Counted from the stretch's first letter, positions 1-15,076 are shown. The stretch is 64,000 bases of DNA from Chrysomallon squamiferum (GCA_012295275.1 CM022670.1:10354001-10418000); one strand, 5' to 3'. A program made the numbers and translations. The notes: generated from the sequence alone by a model not told the origin.

Positions 1-87
1 GACAGACAAAGAGAGAGAAAGACAGATAGAGAGACAGGCAGACACAGAGAGAGAAAAAAGACAGACACGTTAGAGAGACAGGCAGAC

Positions 88-217
<130 letters not shown>

Positions 218-1149
218 AGAGAGCTTGCATCACATGTAATTTATCGATGAAATTTCACGCTAGATTATTCAGTATTAATAATTTTAAGTGACTGATTTTA
301 AAACTGGTATGATCCTATCTCTGATACTGGTAGGATCTTATATACTGAGAAAAACCTTCATAGAATGATTTGACCGTTCTGTTATTTCATATTCATTATA
401 AGCATTAACATGCTTTATTATTATTATTTTTTTTTATAAAACCTCTTCAGATTAGCAACAATAACTTGTAAATAAAGTCAGTAACTCATTAACTCATTAA
501 CTAATTAACTAACCATCTAACTAAATTATTAAGAACAATACTAGATCAAATTATGTAGGATCACAAGAGTTGTCTTTCTTCGCTTGTCACATTCTTTCTC
601 TCTCTGTCTTTCTCGTGTTTGGACGTCATATTTTACTGGAAAAAGTGTTTGTGTTATTTGTATTTTAAATATTTCATGTACAAATTATAGTAGACAATAT
701 AAATGCATATTGCCAAACAATTATGCCAAACTACAAGTGCACGCACTGTTTTTTTTTTTTTTTTTTTTTTTTAGGCGATTCCCGTAATGATAATCTCTGC
801 AAATGACTTCTAAAGACTGAGCACGTATTAATAACTATATCTAAAATAATTTATAAAGGATAGCTTAGTTTTTTATTGTTATGTATTCGGTATAGTATCG
901 ACATAAAATTGGTTACTGAACGGGTCAAAAAGGTTCTTCGATCCTGAAGATTATCAAAACATCATTTTGCCTATGTCATACACTATTATTATATTTTATA
1001 GATTTTTGTATGACAGCTGAAGAAAAATGTATAGTTAAGTCTGCATTTTCGTTTAGCGATGATAAAATTATGTTGCTTGGCATAAGAGGTTTCAGTCTGA
1101 TTGGTAATTTTGTTTTAGAATGGTTTAAGATTGTAAAGTTATTTCTCTC

Positions 1150-1242
<93 letters not shown>

Positions 1243-1650
1243 AGTTTGCTCCGAATTTGTAATTCTATACTTCATAATTAGAAGATTACTCATTACTTAT
1301 AATTTACACTAATTTTAAAATTTATCGAATAAAAAACATAAATCAGAATTATTTCACTAACAAATTAATAGTTCGTCATTAACATATTAAAATATTGAAT
1401 TCTTTAACTAATTAATTAAGTTATTCATTCATCATTCGTTACGGGTGAATGACTTTAATTAATCAACTCTCTGTCGTTGTTGTATTTTTGTAGAAAGAGA
1501 AAAGAATCTTCACGGCAAACATTTTATTATATTTAACAAACTGCACAAAGAGAATTCGTTACTGAGAGAAATCATTTGATTAAGTCAAACAGGAGAATTA
1601 AGACAATCCTATCAGTTCACACAGTGATGCTTTCACAGGTAGACTTAGAG

Positions 1651-1915
1651 GATTTTATAAAGAGGATATCAAAACATATAATTATTCAAAGATATGAGGT
1701 ATTTTTAACTCATAGACCCCAAGTTATGAATTTAAAGATAGAATTATTATGTTATAAGATTTTATAAAGAGGATATAGAGGACATAGATATGTGGTATTT
1801 TTAACTGATATTTTTAACCAAGTTATTCATTTATAGGTAGAATTATATTACATGATTTTATAAAAAGATATTCAATTATACAAAGATATGTGGGGTTTTT
1901 TAACTGATAAATACC
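1651..1915 (+). repeat. Degenerate tandem repeat, ~100-bp unit, about 2.6 copies
   Basis: GATTTTATAAA(G/A)AG(G)ATAT...AGATATG(A/T)GG...TTTTTAACT(C/G)ATA recurs at about 1651, 1758 and 1854. Confidence 0.8.
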
Positions 1916-3348
1916 ACGATCGAATCTCAGAAATAACTTTAATGCGTACTTAGAAATTCGCTGAGCTAAATCTGTTCAAATAATTTTAGCAAACCATTGA
2001 CCTAACAAAGTCTTAAAGTTATAATGCATGACCATTATTAGATTAACGATATCTTCTTGAAATAAAAGTGAAACTAACCTGATCAAACTCGGGGTTACAG
2101 TGTCGTCTGCTTTATGAGTCAGTTGGACGAGGTTGACAACTTGCAGTGTCAGAGATTACTGTTCAGCAGTAATTCGCTTTCCTAACTCGTTAAAAGTCTT
2201 GTTAAAACATTATCCCATTCCAAAATTAGTTCTAAGTTTTTATTATTTTTTAATGTATATTCGTATTGTTGGAATGTTTTATTATAATTTTTTTAAACAG
2301 ATATTTTGAGTAACGTGAATAAAATTTCGGTGATTTTAATTTCAAATTACTACGAGTCAAAATAACAAACAAAGTATAACTCGATACAAAACTCTGACAA
2401 ACAGACTAAAGTTCAGTAATAATTAAATGTTACAAATCCTCCTGAGCGTTAACCATAAATATTACATTTTAGCTTTATAACTGTTACATAAACCTTCTGA
2501 CAATCCTTTTGCTGAACATTACTTATCGATTATGAACTGAGACATCCACCAATCCTCGGCCCTTGACTTTTATAGCCCCTTTCTCATCTTCTGCATTCAC
2601 AGCGTACAAAGCCTTACATTTTACTGAATAAATATTGCCAGTCGGTAAACATTTGTTATCTTCATTCGATTTCAGGGTGTCTCATAACTTATCCAGATGC
2701 TCGGGAACAATTCCCTGCATCTCGTTCGGTGAGGACCGTTCCCTAAAAATCTGTCCATCTTTATTGTTGGTGACAACAATCGAAGAAGATCTTCTACAGT
2801 CTTAGAAGTAGCTGATGTGAGCTGAAAATAATTGATCACCGCTCGTTATCAACGTTTACACGAGTGCCGACAGATCGCGAGAGTGGAAGGAGAACGAAAT
2901 AAATTAATTTTAGGAGCAAACAGTAGACCGGCAAGAGTGTCAACACTGTCAGTGTTGTATGTTAAAATATGCCTCCAGGATCTGGGATCCACTCTCGGAC
3001 TGTTTGAGGATATTGTCTACCGCGACAATAGCCGCTTTTCATGCGATAATTGAGTTACACGAAATCTCAACACCTGGAATAAAAAGTGATCAAACTGTTT
3101 CACACAAAAAAAAAAACAAAAAACTGCTCAGTTGCTAATTTTGATCGTGTTTAAACTGAGAGTCAAATTGACTTGTCCGATTCAGACGTTTGCTGATAAG
3201 TTTCTTTCATTCTTGAAATGAAGAAGAAAAACAAAATGATAATAAAAAAATAATAAAATTGCAGGCATAATTGTTTTCTTTCAATCTTTAGGGATTTTTT
3301 TTCATATCATTTATATCATTTATGAGTATGGGAAACAAAAAGGGACAC

Positions 3349-3472
<124 letters not shown>

Positions 3473-3619
3473 GACAGAGAGGGAGAGAGATAACAGAGCC
3501 AGCGAAACAGAGAAGTTTAAAATAGCTACACTTATTTATTATCCTGTTTGTGTGGGGTGGAACTTCTTAACGATCACTTTCTTCAAACAGTGTTCAAAAG
3601 CTGCACTTCAGAGTACACC

Positions 3620-4280
3620 ACAAACGTTAATCACACGACCAGCGATAAATCATAAAGCGGTAATAACAAATGACGTGAAAACTAACTGATTCAAACGGGT
3701 CAGCGAGCAATCACTGACGAGCACGAAGTGGAAGTGCGTCCACTTTGTCTGCGGTCAGCGCTGTCGCCATAACAAACAGGATGCCACTTCCGATTTCAAT
3801 ATGGCGCACAGATAATACTTTTTTTGTCCTTCTCCAAAACCCCGGGTGGACACAACACCGCGGCCATATGGTCAGCACTCGAAAACTCGTCAAGGGGTGG
3901 AGTCTGTGAAAGGATTCTGACACAGGCAAGAGATAGATCGGGCGTCTGGTCCACCCAAAGGTGAATCGCGCGCGGCGAGAGGTGTCAAAGGTCAGAGGAA
4001 AGGTCGGAACGAGCGAGAAAAGGTCGGATCGAGAAAATGGAGGTGGGAAGCGGAATCTATCCGTCATTCGGCTCGCTACTGTGTTGTGATGTTTTTATTG
4101 GGCTGCAAAATCAATCGTGTGGCTCTTTTTTTTTTGTAGCTTCTTTGAGTCCCGGGCACGGACTCGACAATAAAAGGTGTTATTATATTATCATTAATTT
4201 GGGATACCTTTTCACTTCGTTATTTGATTAAGGGTTAGCTTTCTGTTATTTTTACCCCTTCCGACAGATGGTTCTCTTTT
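3620..4280. promoter_or_regulatory. CpG-rich non-coding island, candidate enhancer
   Basis: Sharp GC/CpG rise with no credible ORF. CCATATGG 3864-3871, CAGATGG 4265-4271, three AAAGGTC motifs at about 3987-4025, GTGGGAA near 4043. Confidence 0.45.
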
Positions 4281-4660
4281 AGAGCCTTTCAAGATGTTTT
4301 GTTACAAAAATAAAAAAATAAAAATAAAAAAAATCTTCATTATTATTAGGTTTTTTTTCTATTAGCTTTTCTCTCCTCCGTCTTTTCTTTGATGTATATT
4401 TTTGTTCTATTTTCGATTTATTTATTATTTCATGCTACAGTTTTTAATTCCAAAACAGTTTAATCTCATACTATCTTTGCTCTTTCTCCTACACAATTTG
4501 ATATTAAATTATTACAAAGATAAAAGGGGAATCATTTAATGGAATATTTGTTCCGCGGGCGATATAAAATAAAATTATTATCCAAATCATTTTAACTAAT
4601 TATTATTTATCTACTTTGTCAAAATTGCCGTTATCTATATACAAGACAAAAAAGCAATAA

Positions 4661-4701
<41 letters not shown>

Positions 4702-5173
4702 TAAATAATAATAAAGAAAAAAGAAAAAAACCAACACAAGAAATTAAATAATAATAATATAAAATAAATCAAAATTAAGCAAAACAAATAAGATATTTGT
4801 TATTGCGGATTCGAAAACGGGATATTTCTTTTTACTTGTAAAAAATGCTTCTTCTGCATAAAATGAAATGTTTTTAGTGTGCCTTTGGTAGTAGTAAAAC
4901 TGGTAATTATAAGAAACATTATTATATTATTTTTATTATTATTATGTTTTTCTTTCTTTCTTTCTTTTGATTTTTAAAACAAAATCACTCTATGGAACGA
5001 CGTCATTAAAAAAATTTAAGTGTCAGCTTTCCTTCGCCATCACTTATTATTGCCATACTTTATTATTATCAAAGTTTAGTACGCTGGTACAAATTAAAGA
5101 GTTATTTGAAAGTATAGTTATGTTGTTTGTTTGATGTATCAAAGATACATTTTAAAAATGAAAAATGGAAAAC

Positions 5174-5270
<97 letters not shown>

Positions 5271-5489
5271 GGAAGTTAAAGAAAGAATAATAACAAAAGA
5301 TATATCTTAAAAGAGCCATAAATATACAAAGATATACTGAAAGAGAGAAATAAGGAGAGACAGAAAAATAAATATGAGAATTAACGAAAAAAAGAACACT
5401 TGTTGGCTGATCAAATAAAACTGAAGTTGTCCGTAAATAATGTATTTATGATGTAGAAAAAAAAAAAATGGTATTTTCCCAGACACGTT

Positions 5490-5940
5490 ATTTGGATATC
5501 CATCAATAATCGCCATGGTAACGCGATGTCAAACCACTGTTCATGCAATCCCGTTTCATCCTCTTATCTTAATTCCGCCAACGTAGTGCGCTCCTACTCA
5601 GTGCCACTTTTCCTAAATTAAATACTGTTTTTCGCGTTATTCAAAATTTCAGCAAATTTGCTCATTTAAGCGCGAATATGCCTCGGTTTGATTTTCTAGG
5701 ATTTGTCATTAACTCCCAGAGGTAATCAAAGGATGCACATGTAGGGGTCCGGCTTAAATTCAAAGTTAATCATGAAAAAAAAAAAAAAAAAAAAAAAAAT
5801 CAATGCAAATTTTATCAGTTTCCATGGAAATAACGAATTGGATAAATTCAGCTAAAACAGATCACTCAGCGAACTAATGAGGAATTAGAAACGATTGACA
5901 GACGTAGGGGAGACAACCGCTTTACAGATGGTTAATAGAT
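5490..5940. promoter_or_regulatory. Candidate neural enhancer with paired RFX X-boxes
   Basis: ATCGCCATGGTAAC 5509-5522, GTTTCCATGGAAAT 5818-5831, COE-like TCCCAGAGG 5714, ATTGACAG near 5894, CAGATGG 5925-5931. Confidence 0.45.
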
Positions 5941-6187
5941 AAAGTTATAGTTCACAATGACCTTTGTAGAAAAAGCATAACGCCATTGTTATTTTATTTA
6001 TATATATATTTAAAAAAAAAAATATATATATATTTATTTTAAGAAATATTAATTTATTAATTTTTAAATTATTTACTGATATATATATATCTATAAAAAA
6101 AATAATAATAATAAAAAAATTATTACTATTACTATCACTGCTGTTCACTGTCATTGCAGTTTCTAGTGCTATAGCTGTTATTACGGT

Positions 6188-6242
<55 letters not shown>

Positions 6243-6867
6243 GTAATGTTATTATTATTATAATTATAAATATTATTATTATTGTTAAATTGTTGTGATT
6301 ATTGTGTTTTTTTGTTAGGAATGTAATTTTTTGTTTTATTCTTTTTAAATATATATATAAGCTTAAATATCTAACGTTTTTCCCCTTTTCCTTTATTTTT
6401 AATACAATAATGTCGGTTTTACCGAAAAATTAGAGATATACGAAGAGATATATTGTGTGGAAAAATAATATTAATGAGAGAAAGGAAGAAAATAAATGAG
6501 AGGAAAATAAATAAATAAATAAATAAATAGAAGTGATATCTTCTGTGTCACTGAAACCCGCTATTTTATTTCTGCAATTTCTTCTTGCCTACGAGATATC
6601 GAAATGATTAATGAATCTCTCACAGATACAAATGTGATGAACTGGTTAACCTCTCTGGACGTTTGTTTGGTTAATTAGTTACCAGTGGCATCATACAAGA
6701 GACACAAGCAAGCTACTGGCAATACATCAAAATGTTTGCGTTAAGTCGCTGCATTCTCTGAAGTTCTTTAATCCTCGAGATTTGTAATTGGCTATGTCAT
6801 TTCCCAGCTGCGTCAAAACATTTGTAGAGAAGCTTTTTTTTTAAAAATTATTATTAACCTGAAGTCT

Positions 6868-6939
<72 letters not shown>

Positions 6940-6953
6940 TAAATAATAAAAAA

Positions 6954-6989
<36 letters not shown>

Positions 6990-7349
6990 AAAGAAAAAAA
7001 TTTAAATAAAAAATCAATAAAAATAAAATCAGTTAATTAACCAACCAATTTGTTAACCATAAACAATTAGAAACAATTTTTTATTAAATTACCGATTTCG
7101 GTTTTTTTTTTTTTTTGTGGGGCCTTGTCTTCGGCGATTAAAAAAAAAAAAAAAAACGGAAAATTCTAAAAAGAAAAAAATTCGCCTAATTATTTTTAAA
7201 TTGAAGGCCAAGGGGAGAAAAAAAAATTGAGGAAATAAAATAAAAAATAGAAGACGAAGACAGAAAGAGAAAAAAAAAGGCCAGTCGTGGTGCTAAAAAA
7301 AAATTGCCCACTTTGTTTAAATGTATAATTACAGTGTTCAAGTTACGAA

Positions 7350-8570
7350 TAAAAACTGAGCGGAAAGAGGCTATGAACGGTGAGAAATCCCTTGACAGAT
7401 GTCGAGTCAAACAATAAGACATTTAAAGCTTTCTCCAGAGACGTCAGTTTGGACCATTTAGCAGCGAGAGCGAAATGAAAATTGCAATAATTGTTACAAA
7501 TGCAGTCACCATCTCCTGAGGTTTTTGCTTGGGGGAGAAGTTTGCTGTAGTAAAGTAGACAGAAATATAAAAAAAATAGAAAAAAATAAAATAAAATAGA
7601 AAAAAAAAATAAAATAAATAGAGTCATCGTCTCAGATCTATTAGTTTTGAGTGGTCGGGGTCGCGCGGGCTTCTTATATCATTACTTGACGAATGAGGCG
7701 ACGTGTATACAAGACCGCTTCATGCTTTATTTGCCAGATATCTTTAGGCACGTTTAAGAAATTGCTTAGTATTAAGCGTTTACTGGATCTCGCCATCAGT
7801 GGCCGTGTTATTGAATTATTACAGCCTTCCAGGATCGTTAGAATCAGTGGCCGGGCGAGTCCGGATTTGCCATTCTTCGTTTCCAGTCATTGTGAAGAGC
7901 CATTCTATGACTAATTCGAATGCAAAACTAATTTGTCGTCGCTGTTAGAGCCATTGACAGGCAGCCAAGCGAAATAGCAAGAGAAATTCTTGCTCAGACG
8001 TCTTATCGCTGCCTTCCACCGAAACTCTCCATCGATCGCCGAGACGGGGGAAAGAAACACGCTGTTCACGTTGCGATCTTCCAGAGATGGCGTGCTCGGC
8101 AGGCCGCCAATAAATAACGTTACAGAGGGATTTCCAATAAGCACTTTACTTAATATATAAATTGACTGCCATATAAACTTCGGATTCGGGGATGGTCAAT
8201 AAACCAGCCGACTGACTGGAGATGAAATAATTTTCTCGCGTTCCGTCAGAATTCGTCGATAAACCCTTAAAGTGACATTTATGACCCGAAAAGGCCCGAC
8301 GCCGAGGAACGGCGTTTCAATCATCGGGGTCCTTCGGCTCGCTTCTGACGTCTCCTGCGGGGAAAAAAAACTTGCCGTCAGAATCGACATCAATTACTGC
8401 TGTAATGACCGCAGTGTTTCCCCAACGTTTCCCAACGAGTGAGGAAACATTAACTCTTTTTAGTGTGCGAAGAACAATACAGCGCAGCACTTCCATTCTA
8501 GTTTATTGGCCTGGAGGACTGGAGATGTTTATCTTCTCAGCCGATCGCAGAGCAAATTGTGAATCTTGTA
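7350..8570. promoter_or_regulatory. Large CpG-rich non-coding island, candidate enhancer
   Basis: About 1.2 kb, largely repeat-free and CpG-retaining, with no recognisable ORF. TGACAG at 7393 and 7955; posterior Hox/Cdx-type sites at 8106, 8195, 8278 and 8502. Confidence 0.5.
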
Positions 8571-9780
8571 CAACAATAAAATATTCATAATTTTAGTCTT
8601 CACTTGATTTTGAGTGAACCAAGGGTTTTATTTCTTGACTTCTTTCATTTGACTTTTTTTTTTTTTTTAATCAAAGAAAGTAAACATCATTCATCCAGTC
8701 AGCTTTACACTCGGAATGATATATTTCACGAAATATGCATTTAGTTAGAAATCCGTTATGGATATAAATTGAATTTTGGTAATTGAAAATGACGAAGGGA
8801 TGAAATTAAAGGAATGCAATTAAATTTATTAACGAATACGTATTTACATAAACAACATCGATAACATAATTTTATTATTACTGTTGCTGTTGTTGTTGTT
8901 GTTCCTTTGTTGTCGACGTCTCGACGTCGTAGTCGTTCTTCTTGTTCTTCTTTTTGAGGTTTTGATCGTTTTATTATTTTTATTATTGTTTAATTATTGT
9001 TCTTCTCACTCTTATCTCACACACTATTGTTGTAGTTGTGATTATCGTAGTTTATTACGTCTTCTTCATTTTTAAACTTTTTAATCTTGTTTTTAGTACT
9101 CTTCTTCTAGTTTATGTTATATAAACAGTTAAATGCTTTTAATTAAACATTGCAATAACAAAGATGATTTATGTAAGATGAAAACATTAAAAACAAACAA
9201 ACAAACAAACGATAAATTAAACTCACCTCCATTTCTAGGACATTGGTGTTCAAAACGTTTCACTGACACAAATAGTTCAAGTTATTTCTGTTTATGACGT
9301 CAAAACAATCAGATGACGTAATAACAATAGAAGTGTAAGTAACTCGACTTAATTGCTACAAAGGTAAGTCTACTGTTTGTTTTATTGTTAGTTTAGTTGT
9401 TGTTCTTCTTTATCTTTCAGTTCTTTCTTTATTTGTTATTGTTGTTGTTGTTATTATTCTTATTATTAACAATAGTAGCAGCACAGAATAATTATCATTA
9501 CCGTCTGTTTATTTTTTTCGTTTTTTTTAATTATTATAATTTTACGTATTAGTGTAGCTAATCGCATGGTGTATCGTTTTCTCCCTTACGTTGCTCCTTT
9601 AATGTATGTAAGACAAATGATTTAAACTGTTTGTAGTGTACTATTAAATAAAACGTATTTTAATCCTTCGTTTACTTATTAATGGACACTTCTGTTTAAT
9701 TTTTATTTTATTTTATTTTAATTTTAAATTTAATTTTGTTTTATCTATTTATTTATTTATTTGTTTATTTGTTTATTTGT

Positions 9781-9811
<31 letters not shown>

Positions 9812-11466
9812 TTTTATTTATTTATTTTATTTTGTTTTGTTTATTTTAGTTTAGTTTATTTATCTTTACAAACAACACGAACAACAGCAATCTCAGTTTT
9901 ATAAATTTTCAGTTTGTTTCAGCTCTCTAATGTTTATTGTTAATTTTGTTCATTCTCATTTCCTCACAATAATTAAATTAGGAATTATGCAAAAAACATT
10001 TCCATTTTGTACAAAGTGAAACGTAAATTAAATCTTTCAATGCCAATAACAATTATATATAAAAAAAAAATATTAATGCAAATCCATTAAGAAAACAGAT
10101 GCTTAAATGGATTTTTCTTTCGCTGTGCTGTTAATTCAAACTGTAAAATAAATGCTCTTAGAAAATTAGAGATAATAGATGTCGTGAAGTAATTTATTGA
10201 GAAACGTTTTCAAAATATTTACAAACACAAAGACACCGCCTACATCCATGTTATTATTTTTTCTCTTGTTTTTTTATTTATTTATTTATTTATTTATTTT
10301 TTTTTTTTTGAGAACTTAATACGATTTATATTTTTTTCTCTTAATATATATACATTTATAAATAAAAATTAATATTTACTTAAGTATTTCTTTTAACCGT
10401 ATATATATATTTCATTGATTTATTTATATACAATGTTATGAAAAAATAAAAATAAAAATGTATTTCTTTTTATCAGGCATCTTTTTGAGAATTAATAATT
10501 TTTTATACTTTAAACAAATTTATTCATATATTTATATTTATAAAATTTACTTGTAATGCTACTAGTTATATTTTTATAAAAATGTTGTAAATATATATAT
10601 TTTTTTTTCTGCTCGAGATGATCAATATCTACTGTAAATTCAAAGATATGTAATTTATTATATTTGTTTTATCGCATCTATCTGTATTTATTAAATACAT
10701 TATTTTTAAAAAAAAGTGTACATTTCGATGTGTGCATAAGAATATGTGTATGTGAGTATGTTTATGTATATCTGTGTGTCTGTAATTTTGCACGTGAACG
10801 TAATTAAGTTTATATTTATACATTTAATTATAAAATCACCAGCTTTCATGTGAGAGAGTTAAAATATCATGTGGTACTAAATTTCCAAAAAATTAATATT
10901 ATTTATTTATCGTACTATTAATATAAATCTTAAAAAGAAAGGAAGAAACAAAGAAACATTTAATAAATAGTGAAAAAAATATAAATAATGAAAGATCCAC
11001 AAAAACCCATTCAGTATTTAAATAAACAAATAAACAAACAAATAAATACCAAAAAAAAAAAAAAAAAAAAAAAAAACAAATAAATAAACAACAAACAAAC
11101 AAAAAATCAATCAATCAATCAATAAAAAAATAAAAAAATAAAAAATAAAAGAACAGGAAAATAAACCAACCAACCAACCAACAAACAAATAGACAGAAAA
11201 AATAAAAATAAATAAATAAACTACTATATCACGAATTTATTTTTCTAAGCAGGATTTTAATAATTATGATTAAATCTAGCAAACATATTATATCAGTAAT
11301 TAAAACAAATTTTATAAATGAATATGTTTTTCTTTTTATTTATTTATTATTAATTTCTTTTTATCATTTAATAGCGTTTAAGAATTATTAAAGAATTTAT
11401 TTATTCATAAATAAATAAAAATATGAAATAAATGACAAAAGGAAAATAATATATAGTAATAATATA

Positions 11467-11505
<39 letters not shown>

Positions 11506-11513
11506 ACAAACAA

Positions 11514-11553
<40 letters not shown>

Positions 11554-11678
11554 ATGTAGTAAATCCTCCTTGGTAATGCCATTCCGATATTTCCCGTTCC
11601 AGCCAATTCCTACAGAATGAGTTATGAAATATATTTTTCTGTCTGTTTGAGAATCCCTTTCTGCTAATTGAACAAAAA

Positions 11679-11740
<62 letters not shown>

Positions 11741-13739
11741 ATAATTTAAAATAAAATAAATTATAATCAAAAAACAAATAATAAGTAAAGAAAAAGATTA
11801 CACATTATTAGACTGCAGCCAGTTCCACTTGTCATTATCTTTATATCCATTAACTGTACTATGAATGACACCGACTAACTGTATATTAAAATGTATTGTC
11901 TTTCCTTCCTAATTTCTTCCTTTCATTTCTTTCATCCATCAAAGACCTTGCAACTGGACTGCATTTACTACAGTGTTTATCTATAATGGTGTTGGAATTT
12001 TTCTAATTAATTTTGATTGATTTTAGGGTTTTTTTATCGCCACAATTCTCACTGGGTATTTCGTTATTGAAGAAAAATGTTATTTCACTCAGTAACCTCA
12101 GATGATAATGATATGTTTATATTCAGCGCAGATTAATTTTATTTAAAAAGCTTTATCTTGTTTTGTACAACTCAGATATCTTGACTTTTTGTGAAACTCT
12201 TGTTTCTTCTCGTCGTAATTTCTGGTTTATTTATTATGTGACAAGTAAGACAGTTCAACGTGAGATAGTTCTGGCTTTCTGAGTGTGTGTATTCGTGTGT
12301 GCATGTATGTATGTGATTGTGGCTGTGTCTATGTGTATGTATGTATGTATGCATGTATGTATGAATGTATGTATGTATGTATGTATGTATGTCTATATGT
12401 AAATCCATAAGGAACAATTTGTTGTAGCTTTCTCTCTGTATAATATAATTATTTCTACTACTTCCTAGTTTCAAATACATCGTTATGTATTCATTTAACG
12501 TACAGTGTATGTGTGTGTTTGTGTGTGTACCGTGTTTGTGCGTGTTTTTGTGTTTGTATAAGCATCGGTATTTGTGAGTTTGTTGTTTGTGTACTTGTAT
12601 CTGAATGTGTTTGTGTGTCTGTGTTAGTTATTTTATTTGTATGCCTCTGTGTGTTTGTGTATCTGTTTGTGAACTTGTATATGTATTTTTGCGGGTTTGT
12701 GTATTTGGTTGTGGTTGTGTGTGTGTGCGTGTGTGTGCGTGTGTGTGTGTGTGTATGTACGCTGGCAGATCTCTTAGAAACAGAAGATAGAAAAATATAA
12801 TGTTATTTATTTGAACATAATCTCTGGGGAATGAGCAATGGTAATAAATGTCATTGTTAGGAATTAGCTATCCTGTAATGAAAACATTGATTTTTATCAT
12901 TTTCATTTTTATTATATTATTTTAACGATCAGCCTTAATGTTTAAAAGTGTGGGTTTTTTTTTTCAAATGGTGATCTTAGTTAATACATATATTTTTAAA
13001 ATAATCCTTCATCCTTCATTCTTCATTGCTGTTTTTCTTCTTTATCATAATTCCTCCTCAATCTTAATTTTTTTTTTTAAATTATTATTATTTTAATCCA
13101 CCAGAAGATTATTATACATTTTTAAAATTTAATTTGTTTTTTTCATAATCTATTTTTTTTTTCATTTTCTCTGCTTTACTCGCTTTTCTTTTCATCAGTC
13201 TATCTCTCAATCTTTCCATCTTTATTTCAGATTTCTCCATAAAAGAATTCGACAAAATATCAATATTTAAAATACATACATACACATACGTCTTTCTTGT
13301 AACTGCGTCAGCACTGTGTGTACTTTTATAAAGAAAACAGTTATTTACACTACAAGTTGAGAGTTACACTGACATTTCTGCTGGATCCTACAAGTTCAGA
13401 TTGATGATGACAAAAGATGTTTACTGATCTGTGTCATCGACTTCGCAGTGTGAACGATTTTAAGAGTAAGCACGTATCTACAAGACTGTCAGAAACGGGT
13501 TATATTTCTGTTTGAGTTGGTCAAAGAAAACAGATCACCGTGATCAAGTATGTTACTAAAAAAAAAAAAAATATATATATTACTTTCCCAGAATCACAGA
13601 ACCATAGATGCAGACATGAAACAGAATGGTAAGTTTTAGTGAAATAAATTAACGTGTATCGGATGAGCAGACAAATACACAAATCGAAAAAGGAAAAGTT
13701 TTCTTCGGTAGTAATTATTATTTATCTCTATCTCTCCAA

Positions 13740-14260
13740 TCATAAACACACAAATACATATGTTCATACACATACAAATACACACCTACACACACACCTA
13801 CACACTTACACTCATACACACCTACACACACATGCACACACATTCATACACACATATACACATTCATACATACACACATACACATTCATACACATACATA
13901 TACACATTCATACATACAAACACACATACACACATACACACCTACACACATACACACACATTAGTACACACACATATAATCTACACACACATACACACAT
14001 ACACATTCATACATACACATATACACATACAAACATTCATACACATACACACCTACACACACACACCTACACACATACACACACATTCGTACACACATAT
14101 ACATCTACACACACATACACACATACACATTCATACATACACATATACACATTCATACACATACACACATACACATATACACACATAGACATGTACACAC
14201 ATAGACATGCACACATGCACACACATACCCAGACACCACATGCACACACACGAACACATC
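13740..14260. repeat. Long degenerate CA/CATA simple-sequence tract
   Basis: About 520 bp of CACATA/CATTCATA/CACCTA variants; produces spurious His/Thr ORFs. Confidence 0.9.
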
Positions 14261-14498
14261 TAATTACCAACCATGCTCTGTGTTTAAATTAGAAACATGT
14301 GGCGAATTATAATCAGTTTACACTTATGTTTTGGATTAGTTACTGATTAATTACCTGAATACCACCTAAAGTATGCACTGCTTGAGGATTATTGAATACA
14401 GTGCTAAACTGGCAATTCCAAGATTTTGGAAATTAATAATCACCAAATACCGCATAACACTCTTAGTTCCAGTAACTTTGTCTTTCTCTTCTGTCTGA

Positions 14499-14617
<119 letters not shown>

Positions 14618-14744
14618 ACAGACATGTGTGTGTGCGTGTGTATGTGTGTGTATACACAAATTTGTATGAATGGATGTATGTATATTATTGTTGTTGCTGT
14701 TATTATTATTATTATTAATAATGGTAGATATAATAATGGTAGCT

Positions 14745-14777
<33 letters not shown>

Positions 14778-14901
14778 TAAATTGTAGTAATAGTAGTGGT
14801 AGTTATAGTAGTAGTAGTTGTAGTAGTAGTAGTAGCAGTATTCTGGAAATGCATTGTTCAATTTCAACACTTTCTTTATTTTAAAACAATGGCGTCTTTA
14901 G

Positions 14902-14933
<32 letters not shown>

Positions 14934-15025
14934 TTATTTTTTTCATTCATTATGTTTCTAATAATATACTGGTTTAAAATATGTTGATTTAAATTATACA
15001 GTCATCTTGCTCAAACACAAATATA

Positions 15026-15076
<51 letters not shown>

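Noticed and set aside
13654-14292. 212-aa His/Thr-rich ORF
   Set aside because: Translation of a degenerate CA/CATA microsatellite; several frames are open for the same reason.
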